In this document: positions 14,215-29,770 of the stretch, one piece after another | How the letters are laid out: the number at the start of each line of letters is the position of its first letter | Position numbering within the stretch: position 1 is the first letter of the stretch | Assembly: GCF_009914755.1 (NCBI RefSeq) | Contig: NC_060926.1 | Length of the DNA stretch: 64,000 nt | Reading direction: 5' to 3' (one strand) | Source of the DNA: the human T2T-CHM13v2.0 reference genome, Homo sapiens | The notes under the pieces: model-generated | The model's database searches: none | Seen by the model: only the letters and a program-made list of their open reading frames with translations | Told to the model about the DNA's origin: nothing | Translations under genes and position numbers: made by a program

Positions 14215-15400
14215 TTCTGGTGTCATTTTCTTCTGTCTGAAGACTTTAGCAATACTTTTAGAGCAAGTCTGATGGCAGTAAATTCAGTTTCCCTCCGTCT
14301 GAGAATGTCTTTATTTCATCTTCATTCCTGAAGGATATTTTCACTGGATATAGAATTCTAGGATGACAGTTATTTTCTTTCAGTACTTGACAAATGTCAT
14401 GCCACTTCTTTCTGGCCTCCATAGTTTCTGTTGAGAAATCTGTAGTCATTTGAATCATGGTTCCCCTGTAAGTAACGTCACTTTTCTCTGGCTGCCTGCA
14501 AGATTTTTTGCTTTATCTTTAGTTTTAACAGTTTGAATGTGAGATGTTTGGGTCAGATTTCTTTGAATTTGTCCATGTTGGAGTTCACTGACCTTCTAGA
14601 ATCTGAGATTTATGTCTTTTGCTAAACTTGGGAAATACTCTTCAACTATTTTTTTCTGTACCATACTGTTTCTCTTCTCCTAGTATTCCGATGACACACA
14701 CGTTAGAGCTTTTGTAATTTTCCCACAGGTCCCTGAGGCTCTGTTTTTTTTTTTTTTTAAACTGGTGTTCAGATTGGATGAATTCTATTGATTTTCACTG
14801 ACTTTTTGCACTGCCACTTTGCTTCTGCTGTTGAAAAATTCATCCAATGAATTTTTTATTTTGGTTACTCTATCAGCTTTTTCCTTGCTAAGTCTCTCCC
14901 TTTGTTTCAAGATTGTTTGTATTTTTATAATAACTGCCCTAAAGTTTTGGATGGTTCCAGCATCTCTGTCATGTTGGCATTGGTGTCTGTTGATCATCTT
15001 TTTCCATGTGAGTTGAGATTTTCTTGGTTCTTTGTATGCCAAGTAATTTTGCAGTATCTTGAACATTTTGAATATGTATTATAGTACTCTGGGTCTTGTT
15101 TAAGTTCTGTGGAGAGTGTTGGTATTTTTGTTTTAGCAGGCAATCAACCTTGTTGGATTCAGGCCACAAGTTCTAACCAGTCTTTTCTGGGTTGTAGTTT
15201 CAGTGTTAGTTTTGTTTCTAAAGCCATTACAGTTATTTAGATTTGTCCTGTGTGTGTAACACCTGGTAGCCAATATGGGACCTAGGAATTAGGTCTATTC
15301 CCTAGTTCAGTTTTCAAAATCTGTAGTATGCTGTTTAGAGTCAGGACCATGCATGTATAGCTCAAAGGCAAACCCAGAGGTGTAGATAAACCACTCTCTT
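14215..15400 (-). mobile_element. Ancient L1 (L1M) ORF1/5' region
   Basis: Minus-strand translation IQMTTDFSTETMEARKKWHDICQVLKENNCHPRILYPVKISF matches L1 ORF1p C-terminal domain. Confidence 0.85.
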
Positions 15401-15866
15401 AACTAGTTGGCCATGCCCCCACAACCACTTTCAGCCTCAATACTGCAGTTGTTGGGATGTGCCATGGATTATTATGTTGATAGGCATATGTGTTTTCTCC
15501 TTTTTTCCCCTCCCATTATAGACAGTGCTGCAGTGGGCATGCTTTTACAGGTCATCATTGCATTCCTCTAAAAATATTGCTGCATATAATGCCTAGAAAT
15601 CAGTTCATTCGCTTGATTTTATTTTATTCATGGACACCATTATTAAATCTACTTTAAAAAAACATTATCTAAAAATATACCTATTTACTCTTCTAGCATG
15701 ACAAGTTTTAGAAAGGAGCAGTGGAAAAATTCCTTCCTTTGGTACGCTATAAATTGCAGTTGGGTTCTTATTGGGGTATCTCAGACTGAAACAAAGACCA
15801 TTTTTTTCCTGTTAAGTGGGGTGAAAATAATCTATTTATGATTCCCTTTCTCTTTCTTTTCCCCAG

Positions 15867-16001
15867 AATTTTGATTCTGACATTAGCAGTGTGGGAATAG
15901 ATGGCTGCTGGCAGGCAGACAGCCAAAGGCTTCTCAATGAAGTGATGGTGGAGCACTTCTTTCGACAAGGAATGCTGGATGTGGCTGAGGAGCTCTGTCA
16001 G
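15867..16001 (+). CDS. RMND5A: RMND5A exon 3 ([10 protein letters not shown]...LisH region...AEELCQ)
   Basis: ttccccag acceptor, CAG|gtaaca donor, 135 nt, phase 0-0. Confidence 0.97.
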
Positions 16002-16499
16002 GTAACAGTGTGCCAACTGGGAGGATATGAAAAAGAAACAAGGGAACTCCTTGGAGTTTATAGTATTTGCAGGGTGGGGTTTTGAGTCTTCCTCTAGCTA
16101 TAGATAGATTTTTAATATTTAAATTATCAGAGATGACCTCATTTTACTAGGAGTATTTTGGGGAATTTTTTAAGTGGCAAAAATTATAGTTCTAGAACTT
16201 GTTATCCAGATCATTTTTTTCTTGTTCCTGTCCCAGAAGGTTAGTCCCAGTTCATGAATCAAAGAGCGCAAAAGCGATATTCTTTCTTCATGTCCATTTT
16301 TGATATAGAAGGTTAGTATAGCAGACAAGAGGAAAGGGACGAAAACATTGATGTTTGTTCTTCTGTTCTAGCCCAGCTTAAACGATTTTATCAAATGAAT
16401 TTCCAGCTAAAATTTTTTACTTCGCATTAGCAGCATTTGTCTTTTATTTCTATCACACATGAGTTAGAACTCTACAACAGTTTACCAATACCATGTAGT

Positions 16500-16720
16500 C
16501 ATAATAGTAGTAGCTGCCATATATTGAGTGCTTACCTTAAGCCAAGCCCTGCCTTTATTCCTTGCTGCATTCCCATGAAGTAAAAATTATTGTTTCCATT
16601 CTACAGATGAAAAATCTAAGGTCTGGAGAAGTAAGTTGCCCGAGGCCTTAACAGGTTCTTTGTGAAAGAACTGGGATTCAGTCCCTGATTCATATGTCTT
16701 CACACTCCGTTCTAAGCCAC
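16500..16720. mobile_element. MIR
   Basis: ccattctacagatgaaaaatctaagg core. Confidence 0.7.
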
Positions 16721-16909
16721 CATGTGCTGTTGCATTTTTGTTTGGAAACATGAAGGACCGAAAGAATTAGTTTAAAATCAGTCTGTAAACCAAACCTCTA
16801 ATCTAAGCCTTTTCTATTTTAAACAATTCAGATAAATGATAACTCGGTTTTTCTCTGTACCTTACAGGGATTTTGTGTATGTGTCCATGTAATTTCCTGC
16901 AGTAAACTG

Positions 16910-17310
16910 TCATTGAGGATTGTTTGCTTTTAAGTAACAAAAGACCCACAATTACAGTGGCTTAAGCAAAAGTGAAATTTTTTTCTTGCACAGAAATCGG
17001 TAGTAAGACGTCCACAGCATGTTTGGTAGCTCTGCATTGTGAAACTCTTAGGGACTTAGCACCTTGTACCTCTGTTATTCCCAGGGTGTCTCCTGTCTTC
17101 AGAGTCCAGGATAGCAGCCAAAGCTCCAGCCATACCTTTGTATCCCAGAAAGGGGCAGAGTGCATATTTATGTTTCATTGGTCAGAACTTAACGTCTTAC
17201 AAAGCCATACCCAGCTTTATTCCATTTGCTTATGTACCCTGCTGAAATTTGGGGATTCTACTATGGAAAAGAGGGGAAGAATGTACTAGGGGGCAGTCAT
17301 CAGTCTCTAC
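16910..17310 (-). mobile_element. MLT1-type (MaLR) LTR fragment
   Basis: aagtaacaaaagacccacaattacagtggcttaagc signature. Confidence 0.6.
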
Positions 17311-17428
17311 TATAGGGAATTATCTTTAATGGCTTGCCCCATATTTTACAATCTAGAATATACTTTTACCACTAGCTCCTTACCCTGATTACTGCTAACA
17401 AAAGTTCTTTCTTTCTTTCTTTTTCCAG

Positions 17429-17529
17429 GAATCTGGTCTTTCTGTAGACCCAAGTCAGAAGGAACCATTTGTGGAGTTAAATAGAATATTAGAGGCATTA
17501 AAGGTCAGAGTTCTGAGACCTGCTCTGGA
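17429..17529 (+). CDS. RMND5A: RMND5A exon 4 ([34 protein letters not shown])
   Basis: long pyrimidine tract + ccag, GA|gtgagt donor, 101 nt; frame continues from exon 3. Confidence 0.96.
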
Positions 17530-18073
17530 GTGAGTATTGAGTTTGCTTTCTTTTGAGTACTTTGAGAACTCTCTGTAAGAAAACTCAATCAGAAAACACA
17601 TTAGAGATTTTTAGATATATTTATCTTACCTGTGGTAGACTTCAGAGAAATCAAAGGAGAATTATTTTATTTATTTTGGCTAAGTGAAATATGGGGGGTG
17701 TGCAATATGAGAAAATGGTTGGAGCTTATTTCACTTATCAGTTGGTCTGAATTCCCATGAGAGAAAAGGGTTTTCTGTTTCCAGGCTACACCACCACTTT
17801 GTGTGGGCTGACATTACAACAAGCACTATTGTTCAGCCAGTGCAAGTTTGATATTTAAGCTTCCTTCATGTGCTGGGTTTTGCTGGGTTTTATGCTAGCA
17901 TTCTAAGAAATTATTGGTTATTGGAACTAGGTGGTGTGGATGAAGAGAACAAATATTTTTATAAAGCTACTCTATTCTTAATTACTGTGGATTTTGGTAA
18001 TTGACCATGAACCTCTCATTGATAAGAATTGTCTGAAATTACTCTGTAAGCTATAATAAATATTATTCTAGAG

Positions 18074-18269
18074 CAGGGTCAGCAAGCTTTTCCATAAAGG
18101 ACCAAGTAGGAAATATTTTAGGCTTTTCATTTCACATAAGGTCTCTGTCGCATATTCTTCATTTTATTTTACAACCCTTTAAAAATTTAAAAACCCATTC
18201 TTGGCCATCTGCTATACAAAACAGGCAGCAAGCTGTATGTGGCCTGTGCCATAGTTTGCTGGCCCCAGT
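18074..18269. mobile_element. MER58-type hAT DNA transposon
   Basis: cagggtcagcaagc...gtttgctggcccc terminal inverted repeats. Confidence 0.75.
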
Positions 18270-18551
18270 CCTAAAATTTTTTACTGTGAGGATTACCAGG
18301 TTATTTGTAATAAATAGCTCATAAAATAAAGGGAAGAAACTGGATTATAGAAGCAGTGATTTGTTGTGAGCTTATAGCTTTGGAATCCTGGTATTTTAAA
18401 ACCAGAAAAATTAACCATCAGTGTTACAGGGTTAGCTGGGAAGTTGACTTTTATAAAATGTACACTTTTTCCCTTAAAATTTAGTTCCACTAACCCATTT
18501 AATTCTTCATAGCTTAGTTTTTTCTTTCTAATCATTTCTCAGTTCTTTCTC

Positions 18552-18831
18552 CTTTTTGAGACAGGGTCTCACTGTCACCCAGGCTAGAGTGCAGTGGCAT
18601 AATCATGGCTCACTCCAGCCCCAACCCCCCAACCTCCCGCCTTAGCCTCCTGAGTAGTTGGGACTACAGGACTGTGCCGTTATGCCCAGCTAATTAAAAA
18701 AAATTTTTTTTTGTAGAGACAGGATCTCACTATGTTACCCAGGCTGGTTTCGAACTCCTGAGCTCAAGTGATTCTCCCACCTCGGCTTCCCAAAGTGCTG
18801 GAATTACAGACTTGAGCCTCTGTACTTGGCC
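18552..18831 (-). mobile_element. Alu (J-like)
   Basis: TSD catttctcagttct. Confidence 0.88.
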
Positions 18832-19083
18832 ATTTCTCAGTTCTGAGAAAATTTTGTGTAGTTCTAAAACCAGCCCAGATGACTAGACAGAAATTCCTGT
18901 ATAAATTTATATAAAATTCTTGTATAAATTATAATAGATCTCACTTAAGAACTGTATCTCTGTGTAAGATGCATATTACCTTTGTAGAATTTGTTTAAGC
19001 AAATTTCAGATTGTGACACATCTGGGAGATAAATTCAACCAAATACCTCTAACACCTCTTAAACAAAATATGGCAACAACTAC

Positions 19084-19389
19084 TTTTTTTTTTTTTTTTC
19101 CCAAAGAGACAGAGTCTTGCTCTGTGGCCCAGGCTAGAGTGCAGTGGGATGATCATAGCTCACTGCACACTCTCAAACTCCTGGGCTTAAGTAATCCTCC
19201 TGCCCCGGCCTCCTGAGTAGCTAAGACTACAGGTGCACACCACCACACCTGGCTAATTTTTAAATATTTTATAGAGACAGGATTTCTCTATGTCGCTCAG
19301 GCTGGTCTCAAACTTCTGGCCTCAAGTGATCCTCCTGGAGCGTCAGCTGCCCGAAGTACTGGGATTATAGGCATGGGCCAATGTGCCCG
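19084..19389 (-). mobile_element. Alu (J-like)
   Basis: Alu antisense. Confidence 0.88.
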
Positions 19390-20055
19390 AGAAAGCCTAC
19401 ATACATATATGAACATGTAATGGGTTTCCCAGTTGTTTTATAGTGATTAGCAAATAATATTTGGGTTGTTATTCAAGGTAATATTCACTTATCTATGCGT
19501 TTCTTAGGTTTTTTCATTAAACTTTGTTCATATGTGCTAGTCATGTACGTACTATGACTATATCTGTAGTCACTGGCACATAGTATTTGCTACCTTAGCC
19601 TTCAGAGTACTCCAGACTTTTCTCCTAAGAGCCTTTTAAACTTTGTGCGTATATAAGATATGTTTCTTATTGATAAGCATGTTATGTATATTGATTATTT
19701 CTGTAAATTTTGTCTATTATTTGATGCCTTAAAACAATTCCTCTCAGGCAGAGAGAGGACTTGTTCCATAAGTAAAAATTTTCTCATTTCATGTTTCTGG
19801 GAGTAGTGTTTAATATCAGCATGAGGGAATGTAGTGGTAATCATAGTTAACTCTGCTTGAGTGGTTATTGTATGCCTAGCATCGTTCTAAGCATTTTACG
19901 TGTCTTAACCTATTCAACCCTCATATTAACCTATGAGGTAAGTCATCTTACAGAGAAGCAATTAGGGCCTAGAAGATCCTCTGTGAAAAAAAGTCAAAAG
20001 ATTATATGAGAAATGCTTTACATAATAGTCCCCCAGTATTCTCATTTGAGGTTCA

Positions 20056-20368
<313 letters not shown>

Positions 20369-20862
20369 AGAAGTAAAAACGTACCATCAGTAATCCTACA
20401 GTAAAGAAACTCATTTAACTTGGTATAACCCAGTGTTTTCTCTGTGTATTTGACCAATCTTGTTTTCCCTCCAGATAACACATTTAAAACCCATAAAATT
20501 GGAGTTATACAAAACATAAGATTTAATAGAAATCGTCATTACAACAATTCAGATTTTTCCAATTCTTGCCTATTGTGGGTGCAGAGCAGATACTGACTAA
20601 GCATCTTTCATGAGCTAGGTACAGAAAATTCCCTTTACTCAACTTACAGCAAAAGTTGAATGATATGGGACTCCAATTTGGGGAATTCTAGTTAAGGTAC
20701 AAGGCGGGAGATATCTGCCAGTTATGCAGCATCCCATTTGTTCCTGCTGGGAAGGATATCATGGAGCTCACAAGGGAAAAGAGGAAGGAGAGGATGCAGC
20801 AATTCCTCCAGACTGCCTATGCGGTGAGAAGGCAGAGGCCAGCCAAAAATTTGAGGTGGCTA

Positions 20863-21163
20863 GGCCGGGCACGGTGGCTCATGCCTGTAATCCCAGCACT
20901 TTGGGAGGCCAAGGCGGGCGAATCATCTGAGGTCAGGAGTTCAAGACGAGCCTGACCAACGTGGAGAAACCCCATCTCTATTAAAAATACAAAATTAGCC
21001 AGGTATGGTGGCGCATGCCTGTAATCCCAGCTACTCAGGAAGGCTGAGGCAGGAGAATCGCTTGAACCCGGGAGGCGGAGGTTGCGGTGAGCCAAGATCG
21101 CGCCACTGCACTCCAGCCTGGGCAACAAGAGTGAAACTCAGTCTCAAAAAAAAAAAAAAAAAA
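20863..21163 (+). mobile_element. AluS
   Basis: TSD gaggtggcta. Confidence 0.92.
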
Positions 21164-23580
21164 GTGGAGGTGGCTAAAGGCCATTGAGGGCCTAGGGGAA
21201 TGGTGATATTGTGGAGAGAAGTGGCAGAACAACACCTGATTACATAGATCTAATCAGGACCTTGCCTGCTCCTGTGTTCCGTGCCCTTGTACCTCTGAGT
21301 TTGTACAGATTTTCCCCCTCATCCAGATTTCTTTTATGCTCACCCAGATTGTTTTATTTGCTTTTTGAATTTCTCTTGGCGCCTAGAGTAGTGCTTACCT
21401 CATAGTAGGCCCTCAATGAATAACAGTAATCTGCAGGAGAATTTAGAGCAAACTTGTCATCCTCTTCCATGGTGGCAGATAGAAAGCCAAAAATAGTGTT
21501 AACGAGAGAATAGTAACTTAATACAACGAGGTGGGGGAAATATTAGAAAAAATAGGAACTGTCCTTGTAGCTATGCCATTATTAACATACATATTGAAAG
21601 AAAGCACTATCTTTAGGGGAAGCTACTTGGTTGCCTTCCTAAACGTGTCTCAAAGAGTAATACTACCTTGCTGGATTTGCCACAGTCTAGTATCTGACTT
21701 TCAGCTTTGCAGACTTGGAAACTTGTTTTTGGTGTCCTTATTTTGTTTTGTTTTCACTAAGAACAGGCCTTTAAAAACGATAAAAACCTGAATTGCTAAG
21801 CTGCGTACATAGTTTGGATTATTAGGGGCTGTGAAACAAGCTTGTGGTAGGCAGGTCCATGTGGAAGGCACATGAGCTTGCAAAGCCTGGAGTTGGAACA
21901 AGAGGAGATTGTTCTAGAAAATGTTCAAAGTTCTCAGGCTAAAATGTCCTGATGCCATTATGTCCACCATGGAGGTTGTGTTGCAGAGCCGTTGGGCAGT
22001 TCAGACTTCATTCACTGACTCCTTTTCTCAAAATTGTCCTTGGCTTGCCTTGGTCGAGTTTTGAGTCAGCATTAAGTATCCCAATAGGTAATAAATAAGA
22101 GTACAAAATCAAAAGGCACAAGATAAAAATACAGTGAAAAGTAAATCTCCCCACCTTTGCCTTCTAATCACAGTTACTCTCCAAACAGGCAGCCACCATT
22201 AACTGTATTATGTATACGTACATTTTTATGCACAAGTGGTTGCATACTATACACAGTGTTCTGCTTTTTACTTGAAAAATTTTGAAGTATTTGCCTATAT
22301 CAGAGCATATAGAACTATTTTTTTTTTTTGGTGGCTGCTTAGTGTTCTCTTTTAGGGATTATACCTTAATTTTATTTAGCCAGTTCCTATGGATGGACGT
22401 TTGTAGTTTCCGATATTTTGCTTTATAAGTGATGCAGCATTGAATATCCGTTGCACATTATTTTGAGCATGCCTGCTAGATATGTTGTCCAATATGGTGA
22501 CCACTCCTATGTGTAGCTCTTACTAATCTCTGCATTACTGAGAACCTCATGTAAAAGGGTGTGTGTGTGTGTCTTAAATAGAGTCAGATATGCAATACCA
22601 TAGTTTGTGTGGTTTCTTAAATAGCATGTGAAAAGGACAGAGACTCACACCAACTCTGAGATGAGTTTAATGGTAGTAGTTCCAGCAGTGGACTCAGCCC
22701 ATAGCTGAAAAATTACCATTTGAAAATATCTAAGAAATGAAACACTGAGTGTTCTTTTCAGTCTCTAAAGCAAAGTTACAGAGTTCCTCACTTTTTTGAC
22801 TGAACTTTTTGTCAGGTTTGCCATTCTCTGAATTTTTTTAAGCATTTGATTCATGTTACTAAGGACATTTCACCAGGTCCACACCTGTGGAGTAAAAATC
22901 AATGTCATTCATTCCCCTGAACTTCAGCTTTTACCCCCAAGAGTATAGCCTTAAAGGAAATTAGAAAAAGAGGTTTTTGTAAGCCTTTAAATGCTGTGAA
23001 AGGTTACAGTGGAATGTGCTGTGGGATTGGCAAGAGGCTTTTTTTCCCTAGTATTACTAGAAATAGACACCCACCCAGGCTGGCAAAATTGTAAGATTAG
23101 AGAGATAAGCCCACTAATGCTGTCTGTTAGGTTCCTGAGGGAGAACCGCTAACTATGAAGGTGAAATCTTGTATTTATTTTTGGAATGATGTAGAAATTC
23201 TAAATATGGAGGTAACTGTGTGCCAAGTCTTTTCACAGGCCTGACAATTAAGATAATTAATGCTAATGTTTCTGCTGGGTAATTGTATAGATGTGGATTG
23301 CTTCTAACTTAGTCTTCTCATAAGTAATATTGTTTTGGGGTTTGTTGGTGGAAAGGCCCCAAAAGGCTCTTCATCAGAAGAATGTAGTGGCAGAGATCAG
23401 TGTAACACTGTTGATCTTACTGTCATTTTTGGGGTTCAGTGTTTCTCTAAATGGAGTAATTCCAAAGGTGACAGTGTTCTCGTGGTCCACGCTGGAAATT
23501 TGGGATCAGAATTTTTTTAAAAAAATTATAGAGTTAATAATTTCACTGCATTTTTAGTTTGCTTGCCCCCCCCACCCCCC

Positions 23581-23857
<277 letters not shown>

Positions 23858-23958
23858 TTATGAGAATGGGCCACAGACACCCTGACTTGCTCAGGTTCTC
23901 AAACTTTATGTCTTTCCTCATTATATCAGTCTGGAACTTCTTTGTCTTTATAAAGTAA

Positions 23959-24297
<339 letters not shown>

Positions 24298-24366
24298 CTT
24301 GTATTCTTTATTGAACCTATGGGCAGTCTTTGCAGGTTTCTAACATACATAAATTCGTTTTTACCA

Positions 24367-24916
24367 CAGTTTAGTTAAATAACACCTGGCTGCCAACAAC
24401 ACAGTTCAGATTTCAGTCACCATGATGTATTAACTGTGAGCAATTGTATAAAATACAGACTTCTCTGCCAGCTCTTCAGTCTACACATCTGGACATAACA
24501 GGAGCATCATGGTCATGACCAGTTTTGTCACTTCGCTCTTGATCACTGCACATCTACTGTCAGTTACTCTCAGGCAACAGCTGTGTGGGTTGTGTCACCT
24601 CCTTAACTCCCAGGGATAAACCCACGTGACATTTTACAAAAATGGATAATTGGAAGACGGACTTGGCAACAAGAAAAACCTCTAGAAGTGAAATTGAATG
24701 TGATTAGAAAGATTTGAAAAGGACAACAGCAAGATGAAGCTAGGGCAAGACCTAAGCCTACAGGAAGCTAATGGTACAAAGCATATTGGAAAAGTCCTGT
24801 CACTATAAAGACCAGGATAAAGTCACTTCACCATCTTTTCACTTATATTGCACTAGAATAGAAAGATGCTTGTGGTTTAGATGGAACATTTACTTCTACT
24901 TTGGATTGAGAGAGAG

Positions 24917-24952
<36 letters not shown>

Positions 24953-25190
24953 CAGTTTGGCTACTATTCGGGCCAAATTGATAATAGTTGCCTTATTGAA
25001 AGAAGATGGTAATTACAAGGATATTGAAGAACTTCACAGCCAGTAAAAGATGCTTTTATCATGTTCAGAAGTTGTGAATTGACTAAAGCTATCTGAGGAA
25101 GCTGCTATTGTGAGTAAGGATGCTGCTGTGAAATTTGTACTCAGATGTCAAGGATTCATTAAGGCGGATGTTAACAATGATCATCACAGA
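24367..25190 (+). mobile_element. Tigger13-like (pogo/TcMar) DNA transposon fossil with transposase N-terminal remnants
   Basis: gataaacccacgtgacattttacaaaaatggataat left arm; degenerate peptides LEVKLNVIR, MEHLLLLWIE, ISLATIRAK, FTASKRCF, KLSEEAA. Confidence 0.75.
24907..24948. repeat. (GA)n(TG)n microsatellite
   Basis: Visible. Confidence 0.95.
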
Positions 25191-26300
25191 AGGCAACTCT
25201 TGATACCAGAGCTTAGCAAGAGGCATAGAATAGTGAAGAATAGTGAATAGAGTTAAAAATAGATTGACTTTCTTATTAGGAGGCAGCTGCGGAGAGTGAC
25301 TTTGAATAAAACCTATGCTTATTTGGCCAGTTAACTGTGGCCAGGGAATTGAGGTCAAGAAAATACAAATGTGGGTTTCTGGGTACAATCCTGGAGGTAT
25401 AAGAGAGAGGTCCTATCATGTCAGGTGAGGATTTCACCTTAATTGCTTACATGTGCTTCAATGTTTGGGAGAGTTAAAAGTGGGGTATCTCATCCTTGGT
25501 TTAGAAAATGACATTTTGCCAGGGAGGGAGAAGCTTGGAAGTCCCTTGCCTTGTACAATTTAGTCTTAATATAGTATTAAGAAGTTAAATGAGGACAGTA
25601 TTGTTTCAGAATAGGATGCAAAGAAATACGACTTTTAAGAAATTTGAAAACTTGTATTCTATGAATTTGGGTTTTGTGTTGTCCTCTCCTCCTCCCAGTT
25701 CCTTTTTGTAAAGGTATCTACTTACTTTTCTAAATATTTCTTGGCAAGGAGTGGGGAGGAATTAAGCAATGCTAGTTTTTTTCTTATTTCATAGCCTTGT
25801 TTATAGCAAAATTTGAAACTGTGCAAACATAAATTTAGTACATTAAAAATTATATTTGTCTAAATAAATGCCTCTCCAGGTTAAGTGGCGTACAGGTGTT
25901 TATAGCTTATAAAGCTTAAATTGATAATTCATAACTTTCAGGAAAAGTAATTTATAATTACTCTATAGGCCTGTTCATTTAAAAAAAGGAAGTTAAGAAA
26001 TTTTACTTTTACATTAGCTTAAAAAGTTACTGCCTTTTAAAGTATAAAATTAATACATGTTCATTACAGAAAACCTGGAAAATATAGGACAGCATAGACT
26101 GTTACAGAAATCACTGTAATATGGTATTGATTGGTGTGTCTTCCTGGTGGTTTCAGACCCCTGGTGCTGATCTAAGAGTTGGTGCCTTGTTCCGATTAGT
26201 CATGGCCCATGGTATAGCAGTTGATAAATAATGCTTGAAATCCCAGAGTCATTACTGCTAAACATTCTGGTGTCTAAAAATTACTTTTAAAAATGTATCA

Positions 26301-26662
<362 letters not shown>

Positions 26663-26672
26663 CACACTTTCA

Positions 26673-26982
<310 letters not shown>

Positions 26983-27407
26983 TCACACTTTCCTCCCATT
27001 TAACACTATATCATGAACATATTCCTATGAAAATGAGTTTTTTTGTGAATTGTCTATTTATGAATTTTTCGTTTTTTTCTATTGACTTTTTTAAAATTAA
27101 AATTTGTACTCTATTAGCTCCAGTCTTTGACTTTACAAGCCCTTACACATACATCTCGTATCAGAAAGAGAAAAAAGAAAAATCTTACTGCCTTTCCTTA
27201 CTTGCTAGTAGGAAAACATACTCATGCTTATATGATTGAAGGGGTGTATAAACTTTTGAAAGTGATCTAATTTAAATGCACTACTTGGAACTGGAAATCT
27301 GTAAGGTGCCTGGCAGACTAGAGACTGCAAAAAGCACAGTGCTGTTGGTACTGTTGATTGATGTGGGGCATTCACGAAAGACCACTGCCAGAAGTATTTT
27401 GCTGGTT

Positions 27408-27700
27408 GGCCAGGCACGGAAGCTCACACCTGTAACCGCAGCACTTTGGGAAGCTGAGGCGGGAGGATCACTTGAGCCCAGGAGTTCAAAATCAGCTTGG
27501 GCAACATAGTGTTTACAAAAACAATTTTTAAAAAAATTAGCCAGGAATGGCAGCATACACCTGTGGTCCTAGCTACTTCAGAGACTGAGGTAGGAGGATC
27601 ACTTGAGCCCGAGAGGCTGAGGCTGCAGTGAGCCACGATTACACTACTGCACAGAAGCCTGGGTGGCAGAGTGAGACCCCGTCTCCAAAAAAAAAAAAAG
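27408..27700 (+). mobile_element. Alu (J-like)
   Basis: Full Alu. Confidence 0.88.
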
Positions 27701-28936
27701 TACATTATTGTCAGCAGGTTTACCTGACTTGGTGTTACCACTTGACTGCATCATTTTAGTGCCAGGCAAGGAACCAAGGCTTACAAATTTAGGTAAATAT
27801 TTCCAAGATCCAGATGATTAATATTTTTAAAAATCACTTTGACTTTGAAGTCAAAGAAGCCTCATGATTTGACTGTAAGGTGTGAATACATCAGCAAGTT
27901 AATTAGAATGTTTACATGCTTGTGCAGCCCTTTCTGGGAAGGTTAGGACCCAGTAAAAGTGCAGCTCTGTGAAGTCCAATCTCAATCAGCAAATTCATTA
28001 TAAATAATTTGAAAGATTTTACTCTTGTGGTTTATGGAGTTACTGAGATTTTGTATTCTTACCCAGTTCAGATTCTAGTGGTCTTTGGTGAATTAGGTTA
28101 GGTGGGGAGTATTTGTCTAACTGATGGTCAAATTAAATAATATAATGCTAACAGCTTCTATATATTAATATATTTAGAGAAATAAAGTACTGTTTCCTTA
28201 TTGCCTTATTGCAAAATTTGATTTTAACAGCTGGCTATATACTTTCCTGCCTTTGCCCTCACCTGACTTGGTAGTTCCAGTTCAAGATTGATTATTCCAA
28301 CTGTTCTATAGAAGCCCGAGGGGCTGTATTTTGGCTCATTTAAAATTGAATCTTGTTTTTTCCCTTATTAGAACTATGTTTGTACAAATCATTTTGCACA
28401 GTAAGATTTACTGTATGATACTTGTCTAGCTTTATCTTCCTGATCAGATTGAAAGCACCTTGAGGGGAAATAATGGTATTTACTGTTTTTAATCACAAAG
28501 TGAACAAAATCTTGCAACTATTGAAAGTTTAAAAGTATAGTTCCCTTTCAGGATCTTTGATTCATGCTTGTATATATTAGGCCAGTTTTGTAGGAAAAGA
28601 GCAGTGGATCTAGGCAATTTAATTGTGAATCTCGTGGCTGACACCGCTTCAAAGTGTGGTCCTATGCAAGTTCAGATGCATCATGTGACACATGAGAGTC
28701 ATTCTAGTGATTGTCTATCTTAATGCTTTTTCTTTCACTGGCTGAAGGGCCTCTGCAAGTGTAGTTATTGGTGGTTACTTTCCTGACAAAGGTCTGGGCC
28801 CTAGGGATTGATGTTACCATAGACTTCCACAAGATGGCAGACCAAGCCCCTTTTTTGTTTTACTGGGTTTCAAATAGTTTTTAAGACACCTTGCTTATGC
28901 TTTTGATTCTTAAAGTCTTTTTTGCCTTTTCTTTAG

Positions 28937-29103
28937 GTGGGCAGTGTCAAACCGGGAAATGCTTATAGCTCAAAACAGCTCCTTGGAATTTAAGCTACAC
29001 AGACTGTATTTTATTAGCTTGTTAATGGGTGGAACCACAAATCAGCGAGAGGCATTACAATATGCTAAAAATTTTCAGCCATTTGCCCTAAATCATCAAA
29101 AAG
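28937..29103 (+). CDS. RMND5A: RMND5A exon 5 ([25 protein letters not shown]...NHQK; CTLH/CRA region)
   Basis: tttag acceptor, AAG|gtgagt donor, 167 nt. Confidence 0.97.
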
Positions 29104-29770
29104 GTGAGTCTAGAGTCAGATGTTAAATTAATGTTTGAAACAGGGCTATAGCCACCACTGTAACTTAACAGTTCTTAACTAGAGCTAATACCTGTTTGCC
29201 AGTAAACAGTTGTAGTTGATAATCACTTACAGGAAAAGTTCTGACTGGCTCTAGACAAAAACAAAAATATTAAAGCCTCTTAGAAGTCAGAGATGTTGCA
29301 GATTTTGGAATTCCATATTAAACTTAGAGGAGATGTGAGAAAGAGCAAGGTGTGCACTTGCTCTTTTCCACCCCCACCTGGCTGTATGCTGCTGCTCTTG
29401 CCACAGCAAAGTGTCAGAGAGCCAAGGTGGCAACTGTCAACCCCACGAAACTGTGTAGGAAACATTAACTCTGCAGTCAGAGATAATGTGATGACATAAT
29501 TGTTACTTCTCTAGGTAATGGTAATTATACTATGCTGTAGAGAAGAATTTAAATTATAAGTTCAGTATTTTCACTGCTTTCCTTTTCTTCCCTTTTCTCT
29601 CCATGCTGTTTAATTTAGGATGAAGGAAGAAACCAAGCTTAAGGACCAGAATTTTAAAAGACCTGTTAATACATTATTTTAGGCTGTATCAGTATGGGTG
29701 GGGGTATTCTTGCTTTTCGCAGCTTATTACTGCAAGCAAACTAATGCTTTCTTGCTGGTGCTTTTTTTAG

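Noticed and set aside
14258-14458. 66-aa ORF resembling a real protein
   Set aside because: Degenerate L1 ORF1p fragment
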